Source: Candidatus Aenigmatarchaeota archaeon (GTDB lineage Archaea; Aenigmatarchaeota; Aenigmatarchaeia; PWEA01). Taken from it: a DNA stretch of 64,000 nucleotides. Of the stretch, positions 58,489-64,000 are shown one piece after another. The notes beneath the pieces were generated by a model. That model was not told where the DNA came from. It was given only the letters and a program-made list of their open reading frames with translations, and made no database searches. Position 1 is the first letter of the stretch, and each line of letters starts with the position of its first letter. The position numbers and the translations under genes are program-made. The DNA is taken from positions 1 to 64,000 of the forward strand of contig JBKHHD010000004.1 in assembly GCA_046539325.1 (NCBI GenBank), in the 5' to 3' direction.

Positions 58489-59850
58489 ATGAATAAGCAC
58501 GATCTTGTGATTGTGGGTTCAGGCTCAGGCCTACAGGTTGCGAGAGCCGGAGCTCAGAAGGGATTAGATGTAGCCGTAGTTGAAGAAAGCGCAATTGGTG
58601 GCACCTGTCTGAACAGAGGATGCATACCTTCTAAGATGTTAATACACAGAGCAAACGTCGCCGAAACGATAGAAGACTCTGAAAAGTTCGGTATAAGCTC
58701 AACCTTGGAGGATATAGACTTCCACGGAATAACTAAAGAGGTGAATGAAAGCGTGGACTCTGACTCCGAAGCTGTCAGACAAGGGATAAAGAGGTCAGGC
58801 ATATACACGCTTTACGAGGACAGAGCTTCCTTTGTCGACGAAAGGACACTAAAGGTAGGGGATGAAAAGGTAAGGGGTGAAAAGATGGTTGTAGCTGCGG
58901 GTGCGAGACCGAGGATACCTACTATTGAAGGCTTGGACGAAGTAGATTATATAACAAGCAAGGAGGCCTTGAAGCTCGAGGAAAGGCCCGAACACTTGGT
59001 GATTGTAGGCGGTGGATATATAGCAGCTGAGTTAGGACACTTTTTCGGCTCCATGGGATCAGACATAACCGTGCTGGAGGCAAACGAAACTTTGATTGGC
59101 GGGGAGGACAGAGAGGTTTCAAAGAAGTTCACGTCTGAGTTCTCGAAAAGGTACGAAGTCAAAACAAACACCAAGGTAAAGAATGTTTCACAGAAAAGAG
59201 ATAGAAAAAAGGTAACTGGCGAGAAAAACGGTGAAACTGTGGAGGTTTCTGGTGATGAGCTGCTCATAGCCACCGGAAGAAGACCAAACAGCGATATACT
59301 TGATGTAGAGAAAGGAAACGTTGAAACGGATGAAAAGGGCTTCATCAAGGTTAACGACAAGCTTGAGACGACAGCCGAAAACACTTGGGCTCTTGGTGAT
59401 ATAGTAGGTGGAAAAATGTTGAAGCACGTTGCAAATCTCGAGGCAGAGTATGTTACTATGAACGCGGTCATTGAACACGAACATAGCGTGAATTATACAG
59501 CTATTCCACATGCGATATTCTCCAGTCCTGAAGTTTCAGGTATAGGCAAAACAGAAGAGGAGCTGGAAAAGGAGGGGAAGGAGTACCTCAAGGGAACCTT
59601 CAACTACGAGGACACGGGTTTTGGCTCAGCACTGAAGAGCAAGGGTTTTGCAAAGGCACTTGTAAGCCCAAAAAGCGGCGAAATACTTGGATGCCATATC
59701 ATTGGCCCGAGAGCATCGATGCTTATACACGAAGTCTCTGTCTCTATGAGAAAAGGTTCCGGCAAAGCTGATGACATAATTAAAAGTATCCACGTGCATC
59801 CAGCTCTGAATGAAGTCGTTCAGAGAGCATTTGAATCCCTGGAATATTGA
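58489..59850 (+). CDS. Dihydrolipoyl dehydrogenase / pyridine nucleotide-disulfide oxidoreductase
   Basis: GGTCLNRGCIPSK, GGGYIAAE, ATGRRPN, HVHPALNE. Confidence 0.9.
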   Translation: MNKHDLVIVGSGSGLQVARAGAQKGLDVAVVEESAIGGTCLNRGCIPSKMLIHRANVAETIEDSEKFGISSTLEDIDFHGITKEVNESVDSDSEAVRQGIKRSGIYTLYEDRASFVDERTLKVGDEKVRGEKMVVAAGARPRIPTIEGLDEVDYITSKEALKLEERPEHLVIVGGGYIAAELGHFFGSMGSDITVLEANETLIGGEDREVSKKFTSEFSKRYEVKTNTKVKNVSQKRDRKKVTGEKNGETVEVSGDELLIATGRRPNSDILDVEKGNVETDEKGFIKVNDKLETTAENTWALGDIVGGKMLKHVANLEAEYVTMNAVIEHEHSVNYTAIPHAIFSSPEVSGIGKTEEELEKEGKEYLKGTFNYEDTGFGSALKSKGFAKALVSPKSGEILGCHIIGPRASMLIHEVSVSMRKGSGKADDIIKSIHVHPALNEVVQRAFESLEY

Positions 59851-59961
59851 CTCTCACATTTTCTGGATTTCATCAAAATTCTCTTGTCAAGCATTTCAAG
59901 GTATAAAAATTTTAAGTTTTAAGCCCTTTATCTGGGGTGTCGGACTATAGTATCTCACTAT

Positions 59962-60207
59962 TTGTCAGTATATGGATTAGAAGCATCGGGAATAACCCTG
60001 AGTATGGTCTTCATTTACTTCTACTTGAGCTTAATATCAGATGTCGAGGAAGAACTAAAAAGGGAAGTGCCAGATCCTTACCACGGAAACTTTTGGTTTA
60101 CAAGAACTGAAGCAAGAGAAATCAAGGACAGAGTGAACGAGAGATTCTGGTCAAGTATACGCAAGAACTTGTATGAGATTCGTACAGGAAAAATAGAGGG
60201 AAAATAA
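59962..60207 (+). CDS. Hypothetical protein
   Basis: 81-aa ORF, start uncertain. Confidence 0.35.
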   Translation: MSVYGLEASGITLSMVFIYFYLSLISDVEEELKREVPDPYHGNFWFTRTEAREIKDRVNERFWSSIRKNLYEIRTGKIEGK

Positions 60208-60219
60208 TTAATAAGAATT

Positions 60220-60372
60220 TGGAGCCGCCGGTGGGATTTGAACCCACGACCTGCTGATTTCTAAGCCAGCTTTCATCCGCGCAGAACGCGTCAACAAATC
60301 AGCGTACAAGTCAGCCGCTTACCGAAGGACGTCATACGACGTCGGTTTCCGGCCGAACTGAGCTACGGCGGC
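60220..60372 (-). tRNA. tRNA-Thr(UGU) with two introns (23/24: 60319-60347; 37/38: 60259-60304) and encoded CCA
   Basis: Spliced sequence GCCGCCGTAGCTCAGTTCGGCCGGAGCGGCTGACTTGTAATCAGCAGGTCGTGGGTTCAAATCCCACCGGCGGCTCCA folds into a cloverleaf; anticodon at 60306-60308; BHB-like junctions. Confidence 0.9.
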
Positions 60373-60461
60373 ACGTACAACCATTACGGATATACTCATT
60401 TTTATACTTTTACTCAAAAACCCGCGTAAAATTTATACCTATTAAAAGCAAGTATTAAGGC

Positions 60462-60914
60462 ATGCCTGATTTGGTTTTCCTGTATATAGAAATAATTGCC
60501 AGCATCTTAGGAGGACTTGTAGCAGGAGCTCTGTCGCTCCTTGTACTGAAAAACTACGAAATGGCAGAGCATACAACGGAAAGATTTTCTCAAAAACTCA
60601 GCCTTGGAAAAAAGACATCTTTCATCCTGTTTTCGGTTGTGATCGCGATTATCCATGGTCTCATAGTAAGTGCTATCAGGATGTCAGGTCTCATGGGAAA
60701 CGTATCACTTCTGATGTCCACACCGTATCTACTGCCCTTCACAATAGTATTCTCTGTCGGAATGTTTCTTGGACTTTGGAAATATTTCCGAAGAGAAAAA
60801 GAGAAGGATGAAAGGAATCAGTGGATAAAGATCGCAGTGCTGTACAGTTTTGTACTGAATATAGTCTCTGGCTTCCTTACGTTCTTCTTGGGAATGCTGG
60901 TGTTCTTTTCGTAG
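60462..60914 (+). CDS. Membrane protein (about 4 TM)
   Basis: Hydrophobic segments; TTTATA box upstream. Confidence 0.65.
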   Translation: MPDLVFLYIEIIASILGGLVAGALSLLVLKNYEMAEHTTERFSQKLSLGKKTSFILFSVVIAIIHGLIVSAIRMSGLMGNVSLLMSTPYLLPFTIVFSVGMFLGLWKYFRREKEKDERNQWIKIAVLYSFVLNIVSGFLTFFLGMLVFFS

Positions 60915-60922
60915 AACCAAGA

Positions 60923-62185
60923 TCACATGCGGATTTTCTTTAGAATATCCTCTGCTGTGTCCTGAGAAATCCTGTCCTCCTCTGCCATCCTTTCAGCCAC
61001 TTTGTCCACCTCTTTGCCCTCGGCTCCGGCTTGCTTGGCTATGTTCTTTGCATGTAGTTTCATGTGACCTTCCTGTATTCCTTCCGTAACAAGAGCTCGA
61101 AGTGCAGCGAAGTTCTGCAAAAGGCCTACGGAAGCCATAACTTGAGCAAGTTCCTCTGAAGAGTCCACATCCAAGATCTTAAGCGAAAGCTCCGCAGTCG
61201 GATGGAGGGAAGTTATACCACCCACTGTTCCGACCGCAACGGGAACCTCTATACTGCCTCTGAGCTTTTCGCCTTCAATCCACCACTTTGTCACCGGACC
61301 GTATCCATTTTTAGCTGCATAGGCATGAACCCCAGTTTCGAGAGCACGGGAGTCGTTGCCCGTGGCTGTACAGACAGCGTCCATGCCGTTCATTACACCC
61401 TTGTTATGTGTTGCGGCACGATAAGGATCCGCCACCGCAAATTCGTACGCGCCAACGATGGCTTCTGCGACTTGTCTTCCGCCCATTTTTTCCTTCTGCA
61501 GAGTTTCGAAGCCAAAGGAAACCTCGGCCTCCGCAAGACGTCTATCGGAGAGATTGGAAAGTATCCTCAGATTAGTTTTGGTATTAGTTAAATCCTCTAT
61601 CGTAGGAGCAATGGTCTCACACATCGTGTTTACAGCGTTAGCTCCCATAGCGTCTCTTACATCCACGATAACATGAACAACGGCCGTTCCTTCCTTGTCT
61701 ATATCTCTGACTTCGATATCTCTGGCACCACCACCCAGCTTGACCAGTGTCTCGTCAGCAGCGTTTGCTTCCTTGATCAGCCTCTCTTCGTTTTCCATTA
61801 TAGTTTTACGGAACTCTTCGAACTTATCTACGCCGTTGACTTGAATCTGTCCTATCATCTCTGGTTTAGTCGTTTCTGCTTCTACGCCTCCGTTCTCTCT
61901 TGCAAGCTTTGCAGCGTAGGAACAGGCCGCCACCACGGACGTTTCCTCCACGGCCATGGGAACCAGGTAGTCCTTCCCGTTTACCTTAAGGTTCGTTGCG
62001 ATTCCTAACGGGAGCTCGTAGTTAGAAACCACGTTTTCTATCATATCATCTGCGTTTTTTTCACTCAGAGCTCCAAAGTTCTCAAGTAGCTCCATATCTT
62101 CGTCTGTAAGCCCGGCCCTGTCCTTGAGAACTCTTCTCCTTTCTTTCGGGTCAAGTTTATAGAAGCCGGATATCTTGCTGTCCAT
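60923..62185 (-). CDS. mvaA: HMG-CoA reductase, class II (MvaA-type)
   Basis: SKISGFYKL, MIENVV, EETSVVAA, DAMGANAVN, ATHNKG, EGIQEGHMKLHA. Confidence 0.92.
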   Translation of the reverse strand: MDSKISGFYKLDPKERRRVLKDRAGLTDEDMELLENFGALSEKNADDMIENVVSNYELPLGIATNLKVNGKDYLVPMAVEETSVVAACSYAAKLARENGGVEAETTKPEMIGQIQVNGVDKFEEFRKTIMENEERLIKEANAADETLVKLGGGARDIEVRDIDKEGTAVVHVIVDVRDAMGANAVNTMCETIAPTIEDLTNTKTNLRILSNLSDRRLAEAEVSFGFETLQKEKMGGRQVAEAIVGAYEFAVADPYRAATHNKGVMNGMDAVCTATGNDSRALETGVHAYAAKNGYGPVTKWWIEGEKLRGSIEVPVAVGTVGGITSLHPTAELSLKILDVDSSEELAQVMASVGLLQNFAALRALVTEGIQEGHMKLHAKNIAKQAGAEGKEVDKVAERMAEEDRISQDTAEDILKKIRM

Positions 62186-62347
62186 AGTTACCTAATCAAT
62201 TTCGTGGATTAATTAAGGTTATGTGTTGCTAATGTCGAACCTATGAGTCAGAGAAGACAAAAGCTTATAAAGGTAAACGAGTATTGTGGCAAATTAATAG
62301 ACGTTCGGTTCGCCCCCAAAACCGTAAAAAAGAATTCAGATAAATAT

Positions 62348-62917
62348 ATGAAACCCAAAAAGGTAGAGGCCACGAACTCCGGTGTAAAAGCCGAAGGAAG
62401 CTGGGACGAAATATGCCAGTTCTTAAGAGACTTCGAGTCAACTACGGAGGAAACAGAGCCAGATAAAGCTGTAGAGGAACTCAACCGCTGGAGGCCGAGG
62501 GAAGACGAAGAGGACGGGAAGGTAGTTGAGAAGACGGCCGAGGAAGCTTCCATGAAGAAAAGGGGAGTTGAAGAGAAATCCAACGGCACAAAGGAAGATC
62601 TGAAAGAAGCTGAGAAAAATCTCGCTAACTCTGTAAAGGTGAAAAGGGGTGAAAGCCCACAGAAGGAACTGAAAAGCGCCTCTGAAAAGATCGCAAGGGC
62701 CATAAGCGTCAAATCTATAGAGTCTCTCAGAAAGGCCGAAGAGTTCATATACGAAAAGTTCATGATAAAGTTCAACTCCTGTTACTTTGATACAGGCAAA
62801 TTTTCGGTGAACCTGAAGAGGGAGAAGAATGGTGAGTATTCTACGAAGATAAACATACCAGATGAAAAGCTCAGGGAAAGGACCCAGGAAGAGATGACAG
62901 GAGAAGGTAACCAATGA
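62348..62917 (+). CDS. DUF5828-like protein
   Basis: SGVKAEGSWDEI, WRPR, LRKAEEFIYE...CYFD. Confidence 0.6.
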   Translation: MKPKKVEATNSGVKAEGSWDEICQFLRDFESTTEETEPDKAVEELNRWRPREDEEDGKVVEKTAEEASMKKRGVEEKSNGTKEDLKEAEKNLANSVKVKRGESPQKELKSASEKIARAISVKSIESLRKAEEFIYEKFMIKFNSCYFDTGKFSVNLKREKNGEYSTKINIPDEKLRERTQEEMTGEGNQ

Positions 62918-63861
62918 TCAACGTTCTCGTGGCGCTTGCGTTTCTCGCCGCCGTGTTCATGGGCATATCCATAGGCTCTTCTTCCGTTCCACCGGCCTTC
63001 GGACCTGTAACCTCTTCGGGCATCACCGGCGTTCTCAAGTCGGCGCTTCTGGCTGGAATAGCCGCAGGTCTAGGAGCGATCTTACAGGGTGGTAGTGTAA
63101 GCGCAACCGTAGGAAATGGAATGGTGGTAGGCGAAGTGCAGGCTTTACAGGCCTTCATCATACTCCTCGTGGCCTCTGTCCTCGTAATAGCAAGTGTCGT
63201 GGGTAAATATCCCATGCCCACCGCCTTCACCGTGGTCGGAGCAGTAATAGGAAGTGCACTCAGCTTCAACGAAGGTGTAGTCTGGCCGACAGTAAACAAG
63301 GTTGTGGGCTACTGGCTGATAATTCCCTTCATAGCAATGGGAATGGGATACGTGATTTCCTGGCTGCTTCGCAAGTATCTCCCCAAGGAGAAATCCAAGA
63401 AAAAAATACAGTACACAGCCCTCGGTGCCGGGCTGTTCCTTGCCTATACGGCAGGGGCAAACTCCGTTGGACTAGCCGTGGGTCCGCTTTTCTCACTTGG
63501 ATACGAGCTGACATTTCTCCTATTGATAGGTGGTATTTCAATACTGATGGGTGCCTGGGCACTCTCGCCAAAGATAATAGACGCGGTCTCATTCGAGTAC
63601 TCCAACGTAGGACCCAGGAGGTCCATAGCCGCCCTGGGCACAGCGGCGATTCTGGCACAGATAGGTGTCTTCCTTGGAATCCCTATATCCTTCAGCGAGG
63701 CAATAATAGCTTCGGTACTCGGAAGCGGAATGGTAGTAGGAAAATCAAACGTCGGAAAGAAAAAACTTGGCTTCACGGCAGGAGCCTGGATCTTCGCCTT
63801 CTTTCTAGCAATAATCTCCACCTACGCCCTTTCTGAAGCAGTTCAGTATATTGGTCTCTGA
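62914..63861 (+). CDS. PiT-family phosphate/anion transporter
   Basis: GSSSVPPAFG and GANSVG repeats, multiple TM, PISFS. Confidence 0.85.
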   Translation: MINVLVALAFLAAVFMGISIGSSSVPPAFGPVTSSGITGVLKSALLAGIAAGLGAILQGGSVSATVGNGMVVGEVQALQAFIILLVASVLVIASVVGKYPMPTAFTVVGAVIGSALSFNEGVVWPTVNKVVGYWLIIPFIAMGMGYVISWLLRKYLPKEKSKKKIQYTALGAGLFLAYTAGANSVGLAVGPLFSLGYELTFLLLIGGISILMGAWALSPKIIDAVSFEYSNVGPRRSIAALGTAAILAQIGVFLGIPISFSEAIIASVLGSGMVVGKSNVGKKKLGFTAGAWIFAFFLAIISTYALSEAVQYIGL

Positions 63862-63936
63862 AAACTGGCCTGAACGAACAAACGAGGAATCTTTATATAT
63901 TTCCTATTTTCATAATATTGTGAAAATGGTGTAAAA

Positions 63937-64000
63937 ATGACTGATCCCAGAGAGGAGTTCAAGGAGCTCCTGGCGGAAACACACAGAATGAGGGGGATAG
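63937..64000 (+). CDS. Start of a gene truncated by the window edge
   Basis: TATA, GGTG RBS, MTDPREEFKELLAETHRMRGI... Confidence 0.45.
   Translation, partial: MTDPREEFKELLAETHRMRGI

Noticed and set aside
58489-59850. Pyruvate dehydrogenase operon or mercuric reductase
   Set aside because: No E1/E2 genes adjacent and no C-terminal Cys pair; left as a stand-alone disulfide oxidoreductase
53815-60220. Integrated element bounded by the tRNA-Thr 3' end
   Set aside because: No duplicated tRNA 3' fragment or integrase found, and the interval includes housekeeping-type genes
358-63821. Many antisense or overlapping ORFs in the track (e.g. 5629-6252, 6078-6665, 20289-20723, 58947-59471)
   Set aside because: Shadow frames of well-supported genes; Ser/Phe/Leu-rich, as expected from the reverse complement of E/K-rich coding DNA
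1-64000. CRISPR array, rRNA, transposase or integrase
   Set aside because: No regularly spaced repeats, rRNA-like tracts or recombinase motifs seen by eye; the Cas4-like gene has no cas neighbours

Overview
Gene-dense archaeal chromosomal segment. TFB, aTrm56, Taw1, class I CCA enzyme, ApgM, BHB-type tRNA introns, GGAGGTGA ribosome-binding sites and TATA boxes mark it as archaeal. The E/D/K-rich proteome suggests a brine-adapted, probably DPANN-like lineage (inference). The backbone encodes tRNA maturation and charging (trm56, taw1, rnz, trmG10, argS, cca, trm1, serS, rtcA, lysS), lower glycolysis (apgM, eno), nucleotide salvage hydrolases and class II HMG-CoA reductase. Accessory items: (i) a FIST + GriC/EhpF-like + GriD/EhpG-like operon (putative aryl-carboxylate reductase); (ii) several nucleotidyltransferase/HEPN toxin-antitoxin-like modules; (iii) two uncharacterised nuclease operons (PD-(D/E)XK + PIN; OB-fold + Cas4/RecB-like + orphan); (iv) a cluster of membrane-tethered HTH regulators next to secreted proteins, with a palindromic operator; (v) a tRNA-Thr(UGU) with two introns; (vi) two apparently internally deleted genes (ppa and a 43-codon TIP49 remnant); (vii) several small ORFs missing from the ORF track. 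No CRISPR array, rRNA or transposase was seen. All product calls come from motif recognition by eye, not database searches.
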